The notes beneath the pieces were generated by a model. The model was not told where the DNA came from. It saw nothing but the letters and a program-made list of their open reading frames with translations, and did no database searches. A program made the position numbers and the translations under genes. A DNA stretch of 64,000 bases. Source: Candidatus Omnitrophota bacterium (GTDB lineage: Bacteria > Ratteibacteria > UBA8468 > B48-G9 > DTJG01). Location: contig JAMWBU010000006.1 of NCBI GenBank assembly GCA_023819255.1, positions 2,902 to 66,901 of the forward strand. Direction: 5' to 3'. This document shows, one piece after another, positions 18,950-28,293 of the stretch. Each line of letters begins with the position of its first letter. Within the stretch, counting starts at the first letter, position 1.

Positions 18950-21522
18950 CCTTTCGATTACAGAAAAAAATGGACAATATTTCGGGTTTAACAGAAACTG
19001 AGGCGCAGAGTCTTCTCAAGACCTGTGGTCATAATGAAATTCCATATTCTGGAGAAAGAAGTATTCTTATCATTGCCAGAAGCATAATTAAGGAACCAAT
19101 GTTTTTGCTTCTTGTTGGGTGCGGAATTATTTATCTTTTGCTTGGCAGTAAACTTGAAGCCCAGATGCTTTTGTGTTTTGTTCTTGTGATGATGGGCATT
19201 ACCTTTTATCAGGAGAGAAAAAGCGAAAAAGCTCTTCGATCCCTGAGGGATCTTTCAAGCCCGCGCGCAATTGTAATAAGAGATGGAAAGGAAAAAAGAA
19301 TCTCTGGCAGGGATGTCGTTTGTGGAGACATTGTCGTTTTGAAAGAAGGCGATAGAGTTCCAGCAGATGGATATCTTATTACCTGTAGCAATCTATATAT
19401 TGATGAATCTTTGATTACGGGCGAATCTGTCCCTGTAAGAAAAAAAATTCGTGATTCTAATGCTGAAGGCGTGGCAGATAAAGATAGCAGATGCAATGTT
19501 TTTGCAGGAGGTCTTGTGGTCAGGGGATATGGCTTAATGAAGGTTGAAAAAACTGGACAGCATACACTTATGGGAAAAATTGGTAAGTCCATTCAGTCCA
19601 TAGAACAATCCAGAACTCTTGTTCAGGTAGAGGTAGAAAAACTTGTGAGGATTTTTTCTATTTCAGGACTTTTTCTCTGTGTGCTGATTACTATTTCCTA
19701 TAGTTTGTTCGGTTATGGCTGGTTGCATGGAATACTCGCAGGACTTACCCTGGCAATGGCAATTCTTCCCGAAGAATTCCCGGTCATTCTTGCGGTTTTT
19801 TTTGCTCTTGGCGCGTGGCGGTTAGCCCGGCACAATGTTCTGACAAGAAGAGTTCCTGTTATTGAGACACTTGGCGCAACGACTGTTTTGTGTGTTGATA
19901 AAACCGGGACACTCACGACAAACCGTATGGAAGTCAACGGACTTTATGCAAACGGCGAACTTATTATTTTTGACAGACATTTGAAAAATCTTCCGGAATC
20001 CTTTCATCATCTGATCGAATTTGGAGTTCTTGCGAGTTTAGAAAAGCCGTTTGATCCAATGGAAAAAGCATTTCAGGTTTTTTTTGAGCAACATCTTTCT
20101 GCGACAGAACATTTGCACAATGACTGGGTTCTTATTCACGAATATCCGCTTTCTGAAGACATTGTGGCAATGTCCAATGTATGGAAATCTCCACGAAGCG
20201 ATGATTATATAATTGCTGTAAAAGGGTCTCCTGAAGCAATTATTGAGCTGTGCCACCTGAATGAAATAGAAATAGCACATCTTAACGGAATTATCGCGAA
20301 GATGGCTAAGGAAGGTTTAAGGGTAATCGGGGTTGCCTCTGCTGAATTCAAAGGTGGCAAAGACCTTCCTGACCAGCAACACGACTTCAATTTTGTTTTT
20401 GCTGGTTTTATCGGACTAATAGATCCATTGCGAGAAGAAATTGGTTTTTCTGTAAAACTTTGCCGTAGCGCCGGGATAAGAGTATTAATGATTACAGGCG
20501 ACTATTCTGAAACAGCGAAAAGTATCGCAAAAAAAATCGGTCTCGTTCCGTATGATAAAGTTGTCACCGGTCAACAGATTTCGGAACTTGACGATATTGA
20601 ACTATCGGAAATTATAAAAAAAGTTAATGTTTTTGCAAGGATAATGCCTGAACAAAAACTTAGAATTGTTAATATCCTGAAAAAGATGGGAGAGATTGTT
20701 GCGATGACAGGAGATGGAGTTAACGACGCGCCTGCTTTAAAGGCGGCTCATATTGGCATCGCAATGGGAGAAAAGGGGACAGATGTTGCAAGAGAATCCT
20801 CAGATATTGTTCTGTTAGACGATGATTTTTCATCAATTGTCAGGGGTATAAAAACTGGCAGGGCAATTTTTGATAATCTAAAAAAAGCGGTCTCCTATGT
20901 TATTTCCGTCCATATTCCTATTATTGGGATGTCTATTTTTCCTGTTTTTATGGGATTACCTCTTGTTCTTGGTCCTGTTCACATTGTTTTTCTTGAAATG
21001 ATTATAGACCCGGTATGTTCCATAGTTTTCGAAGCAGAACTTCCAGAGCAGGATTTAATGGAACGGCCACCAAGAAGAATAACAGAACATTTGCTGGACG
21101 GGAGAACTTTTTTTCTCAGTTTTCTTCAGGGGTTTGTTGTTCTTATTGTGGTATTGATAGTTTTTCTGTACGCTCTTGCCAGCGGGCACGATGAAACAAG
21201 ATCCAGAGCCATCACTTACATAACCCTGATTGTTGCCAATATATGTTTGATACTTACAAATCGTTCGAAAACAAGATTTGCCTTTTCGAAATCAAATTTC
21301 AAGAACAAAGCGTTGATCTTTGTGATAACAGGCACAATGGGTGTGCTTGTTTTAATCAATGCCACAAATTTTTTCAGAACTCTTTTCAATTTTGGCTCTG
21401 TCGACCTGCACGATGTTTTAATCTGTTTTATGTCAGGAGTTGCGAGCATCCTGTGGTTTGAGGGTCTGAAGTTTTTCAACCTCAGGAAAACAATTAAAAC
21501 AGTCCGCCAAGTTGTTCAATAG
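18937..21522 (+). CDS. cation-transporting P-type ATPase (P2-type, Ca2+/Mg2+-like)
   Basis: CVDKTGTLTTN phosphorylation motif, MITGD and TGDGVNDAPALKAAHIGIAMG hinge, 10 TM helices. Alternative ATG at 18970. Confidence 0.85.
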   Translation: MVEITFRLQKKMDNISGLTETEAQSLLKTCGHNEIPYSGERSILIIARSIIKEPMFLLLVGCGIIYLLLGSKLEAQMLLCFVLVMMGITFYQERKSEKALRSLRDLSSPRAIVIRDGKEKRISGRDVVCGDIVVLKEGDRVPADGYLITCSNLYIDESLITGESVPVRKKIRDSNAEGVADKDSRCNVFAGGLVVRGYGLMKVEKTGQHTLMGKIGKSIQSIEQSRTLVQVEVEKLVRIFSISGLFLCVLITISYSLFGYGWLHGILAGLTLAMAILPEEFPVILAVFFALGAWRLARHNVLTRRVPVIETLGATTVLCVDKTGTLTTNRMEVNGLYANGELIIFDRHLKNLPESFHHLIEFGVLASLEKPFDPMEKAFQVFFEQHLSATEHLHNDWVLIHEYPLSEDIVAMSNVWKSPRSDDYIIAVKGSPEAIIELCHLNEIEIAHLNGIIAKMAKEGLRVIGVASAEFKGGKDLPDQQHDFNFVFAGFIGLIDPLREEIGFSVKLCRSAGIRVLMITGDYSETAKSIAKKIGLVPYDKVVTGQQISELDDIELSEIIKKVNVFARIMPEQKLRIVNILKKMGEIVAMTGDGVNDAPALKAAHIGIAMGEKGTDVARESSDIVLLDDDFSSIVRGIKTGRAIFDNLKKAVSYVISVHIPIIGMSIFPVFMGLPLVLGPVHIVFLEMIIDPVCSIVFEAELPEQDLMERPPRRITEHLLDGRTFFLSFLQGFVVLIVVLIVFLYALASGHDETRSRAITYITLIVANICLILTNRSKTRFAFSKSNFKNKALIFVITGTMGVLVLINATNFFRTLFNFGSVDLHDVLICFMSGVASILWFEGLKFFNLRKTIKTVRQVVQ

Positions 21523-22840
21523 TTTTCTGCGCTTTTTTTACAGGGACAGATTGCGCGTCACATTTTTCATTCAGGCAAACAGAAGCAATTGCGCCTGCCG
21601 CATCTCCTGTCGCCATACATGTTGCCATAACCCTTGTTGCACCCATTGCCTTGTGGTCAGCGGAAATGCATCTTCCCGCCACAAGAAGATTTTTTGCTTT
21701 TTCTGGCATTAAACATCTTGACGGAATGCTGAACCAGTCATTATCAGGCGGGTACAGTTTGTCTTTTGAGGGCAGATAGTCCCTGTATTTATCGAGCATA
21801 ACACAATATTCAGATGTCTGGCATTCTTTATAACAAAGATGGGTATTGATCGTTCTTCCAAAAGGGCAGTGTATATCAATCCAGTATGTGCATCTTGCCA
21901 CGCTGTCGTCGTTTTTTCTTCCTTCAATGACATCCTGTTCTGTCAGGGTATACAGTCCTTTTATCTGTCTTGTTTCTCTTACCCCGGCATTGATATTAAA
22001 GGCAGAGATATAAGAATTTTCAAAACCAGGCACATTTTCCTTGAAAAATTTATAGATTTTGAATGTTTCTTTTCGAAGAAATATTTCGGCATTTGTTAGT
22101 TCTATTGCATTTGTTGCGTCGCCAGCATATCTTGTCATATTAAAGCTTCTTTCTCCTTTTCTTATTGTGCTTCCTTTTCCGCCGAGTCCTTCATTGAATA
22201 TTTTCAATTCGCCACTTTTTCTAAATTCAGAAAGCTTCCTTCTTGCTTCATCGATCGCCTGTTCTGTTAGTTTGTCTTCATCAATGCCAGCAATCTTAAA
22301 AATACTTCCCATTGATTCTGTTTTTTCGTCCTGGGGCCTGCCTTTTGTGCATTCAAATCCAGCGAAGTAAGCAATGTCGGCATCTCCTGTTGCGTCAATG
22401 AAAAATTTTCCTTCTATTTCCATCGTTCCGTTTTTGTTAACAACTTCTATAAAATCAATATGTCCTGAACTTACTTTTGCTTTTGAAAAATATGAGTGAT
22501 AAAGGAATTTTACACCTGCGTCACAGAGCACCTGTTCGGCAGCGTATTTCAGAATTTCAGAATCAAAGGAGATGCCATATTTTTTGAATACGTTTTCCCA
22601 CTTTTCGCAGCCACCGAGTTGTGCCATTTTTTCAACAAGAACCTTTAAAAACCCTGCAACCGCGGGTTCTTTTTCATTAAGGTAATGGCCGAGTATCGAG
22701 CCTATTATGCCTGTAGTTGCCATGCCTCCACAAAAACCGTATCTTTCCACCAGAAGAGTTTCAGCGCCTGATTTTGCCGCCGTCCAGGCAGCAGCCATTC
22801 CACCAGGTCCGGCTCCGACGACAACTATGTCTGCTTTCAT
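21494..22840 (-). CDS. FAD-dependent oxidoreductase (PF12831-like)
   Basis: VVVGAGPGGMAAAWTAAKSGAETLLVERYGFCGG dinucleotide-binding motif. 29-nt convergent overlap with the ATPase. Confidence 0.6.
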   Translation of the reverse strand: MKADIVVVGAGPGGMAAAWTAAKSGAETLLVERYGFCGGMATTGIIGSILGHYLNEKEPAVAGFLKVLVEKMAQLGGCEKWENVFKKYGISFDSEILKYAAEQVLCDAGVKFLYHSYFSKAKVSSGHIDFIEVVNKNGTMEIEGKFFIDATGDADIAYFAGFECTKGRPQDEKTESMGSIFKIAGIDEDKLTEQAIDEARRKLSEFRKSGELKIFNEGLGGKGSTIRKGERSFNMTRYAGDATNAIELTNAEIFLRKETFKIYKFFKENVPGFENSYISAFNINAGVRETRQIKGLYTLTEQDVIEGRKNDDSVARCTYWIDIHCPFGRTINTHLCYKECQTSEYCVMLDKYRDYLPSKDKLYPPDNDWFSIPSRCLMPEKAKNLLVAGRCISADHKAMGATRVMATCMATGDAAGAIASVCLNEKCDAQSVPVKKAQKTIEQLGGLF

Positions 22841-22872
22841 AATGAACTCCTTTTTTACAAATTTTTAGTATT

Positions 22873-22912
22873 ATAGCACAAAGTGCTATTTGTTTTTTGA
22901 ATGTGATATAAT
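22873..22912. promoter_or_regulatory. perfect 6-3-6 palindrome TAGCACaaaGTGCTA plus extended -10 (TGaTATAAT) in a divergent intergenic region
   Basis: IR at 22873-22887. TGATATAAT at 22904-22912, 35 nt before the ATG at 22947, with an AAAGGAGGG SD. Confidence 0.45.
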
Positions 22913-22946
22913 CAATTAAGAAGGTTTTTTTTAAAAAGGAGGGCAC

Positions 22947-25541
22947 ATGAAACTAAAAAAGACTGCAATACTTACAGTGCTGTTGGCTTTCTATTGTTTT
23001 GCTGGTGTTAATATGAGTGGCAGGGTTTCTGACATTCAAAACGGTCAGGGAATTGCTGGTGCAACAGTATCCATCGTCGGAACAGGATTTTCTTCCACTA
23101 CTGACAGTCAGGGGAATTTTACAATATCAAATGTTCCGGCTTATTCCACTGGATTTCAGTTTAAAGCAAGCAAAACCGGTTATGTCGACACATACACTCA
23201 GCTTGGGAATTCAGGAGAAATGGATGCGAATGATATTACTTTTCCCCTGATTTCAAACACACTGTACGGCAATTTGCACAATCAATTATATGGTGGCATT
23301 GCCCATACAAGCGGTAAAGCGGATATTTTTGGTAGGGTTGGTAATGAGTACACTGGAGTGTCCGGGGTTGTTATAACTGCCAGATATATCGACAACAACG
23401 CAAATGCTGGAACTATTAGATATGTCAACGCAAGCAATATGCCTGATGGTTCATTAACATCAACATCTTCAAATGGAGTTTTCATTGCCTATAATGTGGA
23501 TCCTTACAGACCAATAAAGATAACAGGAACAAAAGCCGCAAGTTATTTTTCTTCCTGTGTTGCAATTTGTTATCCTGACAAAGTCACTGTCGGCGGAATT
23601 GAGCAGGTCGACAGTTTACTTCAACTTTCAGGAAAGGTTGGTTGGGATGAAAACCCTGTTTCAGGAGTGACAGTTTCAATCCCTGGCACTTTGAGTTCAA
23701 CGACAACCGGAACTGATGGTTCATTCAATATATCTTTTAATCCTGTAAACTACGGCGTACTCAAATTTTCAAAGTCAAACTATGTTGACACATATTTTTC
23801 AGAAAGAATAGACGAAGATGAAGGAAACAGGAAACAGGGCGATGATGAAGAAGAGAATGAATTTTTCATTATTCCTCAAACTGATTATACAGGGTTGTTG
23901 AATCAGCTTGGAAGGTCGCACATTAATGGTAAAGGAGATATTGTAATAGAGCTTGAAACAATCAATGAAATGAATGTGGCTGGAGCAAAAATAACCCTTT
24001 ATGATAAAAATGGCACAAAGCTCAATCCAGATATCTTATATTTTGATGAAGAAGGTATGCCTGCAACTGGTTTAAATGAAACCACCAGCGAAAGTCAGTG
24101 TCTGATTTTAAATCTTGACCCTGGATATTATTTTATTGCTGCGGAGAAATCAGGTTGTGAATTTTCAAGAAATACAGTTTTTGTTTTTGCCAATGGCATA
24201 ACCAGCGCTCCAAGAATAATTGGACTCCCTCCGATACCTGAAATTATCAAAGCAAAAGCAGAGGACATTCCTTCCGCAAATATCAGCAAGAGCGCTCAAA
24301 ATGTGCCAATGCTTGCTTTTATGTTCCATCTTAACAAGTGGGAAACAGATGAAAGCGTGATTTTTGACAGCATTATTGTAACAGCGAAAGGTACGGGAAA
24401 TATCTCGACAGCGCTTTCAAGCGCAAAGCTTTATCTTGACGCAGACAACAATGGCACCTATGAAACAGAGGTGTCGACAGGAACAATTTCAGGAAATAAA
24501 ATCACATTTAAAAATATCAATAAAGAGATGGATATAGGCTTGAATCAGAGATATCAGGTTGTTTTCAATTTCAATGGAACAGCCTCTATCGGGCAGACCT
24601 TTGGAGTTGATATTCTTAAAAACGCTGATGTTTACAGCCATACAAAAAATACAGGCATTTCAGTAACCTGTGATGGCTGGACGGTTGAAGGAAATCTGAT
24701 GACGATTGCCCAGGTTTATCCACCCTCAAAACCCAGCAATTTTTCACCCGCAAATGGAGCAACACAAGTTAATCCTCTATCATATGTATTGCAGTCGAGT
24801 CCGTTTAACCCGGGTCAGGGCAGCAATGTTCACAGTTCTTCGCAATGGATGATGTGGAAGGATGGAGAAACAGAGGAAACCTTTACCTGGGATAGTGGAA
24901 CAAACACAATAAATCTCACATCTGTTTCAACACCTGTCTTGTTAGAGGGTTCCACAAAATACTGGTGGAAGGTACGGCATCAAAATGGAGATAATATCTG
25001 GAGTGATTGGTCAGATGCGACATACTTTACGACAGCGCAGGGTGGAATTACACCTGCAGGCAAACCGAGCAATCAATCGCCCGAAGATGGGCAAACAGAT
25101 GTTCCATTGCCGGTAGTGTTAACAGGGAGCCAGTTTTCACCGGGTAACTCTGTAGTTCATGCTGCTTCTCAGTGGCAAATTTACCTCGACACCAAGAATG
25201 TAAATCCTGTTTTTGATTCAAAAAGGGATGGAAATAATCTCACCTCAATTACAGTTTCAGGACTTTCATACAATACTCAATATCTGTGGAGAGTCAGGTA
25301 TCAGGATGGAAACGGCGCGTGGAGCCAGTGGAGCGAGTTTACCAGTTTTGAAACAAAAGAGGGTATGAAGGGCGATTTAAATCACGATGCCGAGGTTGAC
25401 ATAAGAGATGTAATACTTTGTTTAAGGATGGCAATTGATCTTGATCCTGTTGATCCTGGTCTTGCAGATATGAATGAAGATGGACAGGTTGATATTTTAG
25501 ATGTCATTTTAATTCTGCGAAAAGCAATTGACCTGGATTAA
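22947..25541 (+). CDS. secreted multidomain protein: signal peptide, CarboxypepD_reg-like beta-sandwiches, two tandem FN3-like repeats, C-terminal type-I dockerin
   Basis: MKLKKTAILTVLLAFYCFA signal peptide. GRVSDIQNGQGIAGATVSIVGTG is CarboxypepD_reg-like. Two FN3-like repeats (...YWWKVRHQNGDNIWSDWSDATYFTT and ...YLWRVRYQDGNGAWSQWSEFTSFET). C-terminal dockerin duplicated segments GDLNHDAEVDIRDVILCLRMAIDLD and DMNEDGQVDILDVILILRKAIDLD. Confidence 0.6.
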   Translation: MKLKKTAILTVLLAFYCFAGVNMSGRVSDIQNGQGIAGATVSIVGTGFSSTTDSQGNFTISNVPAYSTGFQFKASKTGYVDTYTQLGNSGEMDANDITFPLISNTLYGNLHNQLYGGIAHTSGKADIFGRVGNEYTGVSGVVITARYIDNNANAGTIRYVNASNMPDGSLTSTSSNGVFIAYNVDPYRPIKITGTKAASYFSSCVAICYPDKVTVGGIEQVDSLLQLSGKVGWDENPVSGVTVSIPGTLSSTTTGTDGSFNISFNPVNYGVLKFSKSNYVDTYFSERIDEDEGNRKQGDDEEENEFFIIPQTDYTGLLNQLGRSHINGKGDIVIELETINEMNVAGAKITLYDKNGTKLNPDILYFDEEGMPATGLNETTSESQCLILNLDPGYYFIAAEKSGCEFSRNTVFVFANGITSAPRIIGLPPIPEIIKAKAEDIPSANISKSAQNVPMLAFMFHLNKWETDESVIFDSIIVTAKGTGNISTALSSAKLYLDADNNGTYETEVSTGTISGNKITFKNINKEMDIGLNQRYQVVFNFNGTASIGQTFGVDILKNADVYSHTKNTGISVTCDGWTVEGNLMTIAQVYPPSKPSNFSPANGATQVNPLSYVLQSSPFNPGQGSNVHSSSQWMMWKDGETEETFTWDSGTNTINLTSVSTPVLLEGSTKYWWKVRHQNGDNIWSDWSDATYFTTAQGGITPAGKPSNQSPEDGQTDVPLPVVLTGSQFSPGNSVVHAASQWQIYLDTKNVNPVFDSKRDGNNLTSITVSGLSYNTQYLWRVRYQDGNGAWSQWSEFTSFETKEGMKGDLNHDAEVDIRDVILCLRMAIDLDPVDPGLADMNEDGQVDILDVILILRKAIDLD

Positions 25542-25581
25542 GTCAGATTATTTATAGTAAACTTTTTGCAGTTATAAAAAA

Positions 25582-26250
25582 TTATAACTTCTTATGACAG
25601 AGCCACCAGTCAAAGCACTCAAACTCGCCTTTTTTCGATTTTTCAATCCTTTCTTTAGCTGTTTTAACATCCTTTGCCGGCGGAATAATGACATGATTTC
25701 CTATAATTTCATTGTTGGGCCAGTTTGCCGGCATGGCAACGCCATTGGCGTCTGATATCTGCATTGCTTCAACGGCTCTCAGGATTTCATCCATATTTCT
25801 TCCAAGTTCCTGCGGATAATAAAGAATAATCCTGATTATTCCTTTTGCGTCAACAACAAACACTGCCCTGACAGTGTTTGTGCCTTTGCCAGGATGAATG
25901 AGCCCGAGTTTTTCTGCGACGATACCGGTATCAGCGATAATTGGAAACAGGATCTCAACATTCAGGTTATCCTTTATCCACTCTTCCCATTTTATATGAG
26001 AGAAAACCTGGTCTACACTGAGCCCGATGAGTTCGCAATTTAATGCTTTGAATCTGTCATATCTTTTCTGAAATGCGACAAACTCAGTTGTGCAAACAGG
26101 CGTAAAATCAGCAGGGTGGCTGAATAGCACAAACCATTTTCCTGCAAAAGCATCCGGCAAAATCATTATGCCATGCGTTGTTTGAACAGTGATCTTTGGA
26201 AAAGCGTCTCCCAATAGCGGCATACTTTTCTTTTCATTCATTGCTTCCAT
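25582..26250 (-). CDS. 1-Cys peroxiredoxin (Prx6/AhpC-TSA family)
   Basis: [13 protein letters not shown] peroxidatic-Cys motif. AGGAGG SD upstream. Confidence 0.85.
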   Translation of the reverse strand: MEAMNEKKSMPLLGDAFPKITVQTTHGIMILPDAFAGKWFVLFSHPADFTPVCTTEFVAFQKRYDRFKALNCELIGLSVDQVFSHIKWEEWIKDNLNVEILFPIIADTGIVAEKLGLIHPGKGTNTVRAVFVVDAKGIIRIILYYPQELGRNMDEILRAVEAMQISDANGVAMPANWPNNEIIGNHVIIPPAKDVKTAKERIEKSKKGEFECFDWWLCHKKL

Positions 26251-26369
26251 TTTGCCTCCTTTGTTTGGTTATTATAATTATAACATTTTGAGAAGGTTCC
26301 TAAAATTATTTTTTCTTCCCTCTTTCAAATGGGAGCACACAAGAGGGATGAAAAAGCTGGTAGTAAGGA

Positions 26370-26416
26370 CATTCAAATCCTTTCAAGGAAGGAATAAGCT
26401 GGGGGACTAGGATTTG
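26370..26416. repeat. direct-repeat copy 1 (47 bp) of the tRNA-Gln 3' end plus 28-bp downstream flank
   Basis: cattcaaatcctttcaaggaaggaataagctgggggactaggatttg, identical to 26496-26544 except for a 2-nt AG indel. Confidence 0.7.
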
Positions 26417-26495
26417 GCGCCTTCGCCTCCCACTACGGCTCAGGTCGGCCACCGCACAAGTCCTCGCACTTGCTCGGACTTATACGTCTTCGCTC

Positions 26496-26544
26496 CATTC
26501 AAATCCTTTCAAGGAAGAGGAATAAGCTGGGGGACTAGGATTTG
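26496..26544. repeat. direct-repeat copy 2 (49 bp), overlapping the genuine tRNA-Gln 3' end
   Basis: See copy 1. The repeat ends inside the tRNA T-loop. Confidence 0.7.
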
Positions 26545-26597
26545 AACCTAGACACTCAGATCCAGAGTCTGATGTCCTACCGTTAGACGATCCCCCA
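26527..26597 (-). tRNA. tRNA-Gln (anticodon CUG)
   Basis: Manual fold: acceptor TGGGGGA/TCCCCCA, D-arm GTCT-AACGGTA-GGAC, anticodon stem TCAGA/TCTGA with loop CT-CTG-GA, T-arm CTAGG-TTCAAAT-CCTAG, discriminator G. Close to E. coli tRNA-Gln2. Confidence 0.8.
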
Positions 26598-26706
26598 GTT
26601 TCAGAAGATTTTACCATTGAAGAAACTTATTATCAATGCAGAGATTGTTTTCGGAAGATTCCTTTAAGAAAAATGGCAACAAACAGCAGGTTTCATAGTC
26701 AAATAA

Positions 26707-26913
26707 TTAACGATTTCTCAGTTTAACCTTGAAGTCATTTCTACCGTGTCTTACAACTTCCACATGTCCTTCTCTTGCCAGCCATCCAAGGCTCATCAGA
26801 GAGAGATCCTTTGGCCTATCAATATCCTTGACCATTTTCAAAAATGATACCTCTCCATGTTTATCCAGATAATTCCATATGTCTCCTGCCGCAAAACCAA
26901 TGTCTGTAATCAT
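26707..26913 (-). CDS. small winged-helix (wHTH) domain protein
   Basis: 68 aa. Pattern consistent with a wHTH DNA-binding fold. Last gene of the TonB operon, ATGA-overlapped. Confidence 0.35.
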   Translation of the reverse strand: MITDIGFAAGDIWNYLDKHGEVSFLKMVKDIDRPKDLSLMSLGWLAREGHVEVVRHGRNDFKVKLRNR

Positions 26914-27182
26914 TTTGCCTCCTTGTTATCATCTTTTCCGCAAAGATTATACCCTGATTCTCCTTTTTTGTGAAGACTTCCGCAAAGGGGACATCTTGAT
27001 ATTTGATTCCCGGAACTATCAATATAGAGGTGAAAACATAACGGACACTCCCATAAATAGTTTTCTTTTCTTAAAGAGAAATTGCTTTTTTTCTTTGCTT
27101 CTTTATAAATCCATAAAAAAAGAATCAGAAGGGCTAAAAAAAGATAACCAGTAACCGCAAAAGTAAGTTCTATTTTTATCAT
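26910..27182 (-). CDS. small membrane-anchored zinc-ribbon protein (CPLC...CPLC)
   Basis: N-terminal TM helix followed by ECPLCFH...RCPLCGS. ATGA overlap on both sides. Confidence 0.35.
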   Translation of the reverse strand: MIKIELTFAVTGYLFLALLILFLWIYKEAKKKSNFSLRKENYLWECPLCFHLYIDSSGNQISRCPLCGSLHKKGESGYNLCGKDDNKEAK

Positions 27183-27886
27183 TTAAGCCTGAATTTTAGC
27201 GTTACAATTGCCCAGACATTTATATCTTTATCAATTTTTGCAAATCGCCATTTTTTAATGGCTTCTTCTGCGATAATGTCAAGTTTTCTATATCCGCTTG
27301 TTTCAACAATGTCAGTCGCTGACACAAAACCGTCTTTGTTTACCCATATCTTGATCCGCACATTTGATTCAATGCTTTGTTGTTCTGCCCAGAAAGGATA
27401 TTCAGGGATCGTTTTTGATATAACAGGTCTTGTTCCTCCAGGTCCGGATATTTCAAATTCTTCTCCCTCCACTTTAATATTTGGCAGGGTTTCCATTTCC
27501 GGCCGGCCTTCAGTTGTTTGCGGGGTGGTTTCGGTTATTCTCGGCACAGGCAATTCCCAGTTGACATTATCCAGTTTTTCAGCAGTTAGCAGCGGAGTTT
27601 TCTGGATGCCGATAGAAATTTCTTTTTCGATTCTTCCGACCTTTTGCATCGATATGTCTATCTTTTGTTTTTCAATTATCCTTGTTGAGGGTAGATCTGG
27701 CGAAGCTTTTGTTAAATAAGCGTTCGAGATATTTGTTTTTGCTTCCTGATACAAATACACCAGATAATATGGCGGTTTTTCAACTTTTGCAGGAAGTACT
27801 AAACTCAAAACCGGCAGTATCAGAATATGTGCACCAAGACAGACTAAAAATATTCTTAAAAGGTTTCTATTGCTGGATTCCATCAT
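27179..27886 (-). CDS. tonB: TonB-family energy transducer
   Basis: N-terminal TM anchor, Pro/Glu-rich linker and a C-terminal TonB_C-like domain. Follows exbD. Confidence 0.65.
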   Translation of the reverse strand: MMESSNRNLLRIFLVCLGAHILILPVLSLVLPAKVEKPPYYLVYLYQEAKTNISNAYLTKASPDLPSTRIIEKQKIDISMQKVGRIEKEISIGIQKTPLLTAEKLDNVNWELPVPRITETTPQTTEGRPEMETLPNIKVEGEEFEISGPGGTRPVISKTIPEYPFWAEQQSIESNVRIKIWVNKDGFVSATDIVETSGYRKLDIIAEEAIKKWRFAKIDKDINVWAIVTLKFRLK

Positions 27887-28293
27887 TGTTCGGAAACAGG
27901 CATTGTTGCGATCGCAATCTTTGATATGCCGGCGACTCTTGCAATGTCCATCACGCTAACAATTTTTCCATGCGGTGTTTTCACATCGCCCTTTATAATA
28001 ATAATGATATTTTTTGATGTTTCATTAAATTTTCTCAAAAACTGCTCGAGTTGTTGAGGGGAAACCTGTTTTTCTCCCAGAAATATGATGCCTTCAGCTG
28101 AAACGCTGATGAAAACTTCATTTTTCTCAATGCTGTCGGTTGAAATAGCAGTTGGTAGATTTATTTTTATGCCAGGTTGCATTATGAAGCTTGATGTCAG
28201 CATAAAGTAAACCAGCAACTGAAGAATCACATCAATCAGTGGTGCCATATTTGTCTGACCTTTGAAGATTTCATACCTTTTTGGAAATCTCAT
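27883..28293 (-). CDS. exbD: biopolymer transport protein ExbD/TolR
   Basis: 136 aa, single TM. Pattern FISVSAEGIIFLGEKQVSP...IIIKGDVKTPHGKIVSVMDI. Confidence 0.85.
   Translation of the reverse strand: MRFPKRYEIFKGQTNMAPLIDVILQLLVYFMLTSSFIMQPGIKINLPTAISTDSIEKNEVFISVSAEGIIFLGEKQVSPQQLEQFLRKFNETSKNIIIIIKGDVKTPHGKIVSVMDIARVAGISKIAIATMPVSEQ

Noticed and set aside
26417-26495. 79-bp GC-rich segment considered as a second tRNA or tRNA fragment
   Set aside because: Cannot be folded into a cloverleaf. Lacks D/T-arm consensus. Retained only as part of the att-like repeat finding.
25582-26600. Integrated prophage/ICE at the tRNA-Gln
   Set aside because: No integrase, excisionase or phage-like gene on either side. 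Flanking genes are housekeeping (peroxiredoxin, tonB operon). Only the repeat footprint remains.
27258-27719. 153-aa plus-strand ORF
   Set aside because: Antisense to tonB. Ser-rich low-complexity product.
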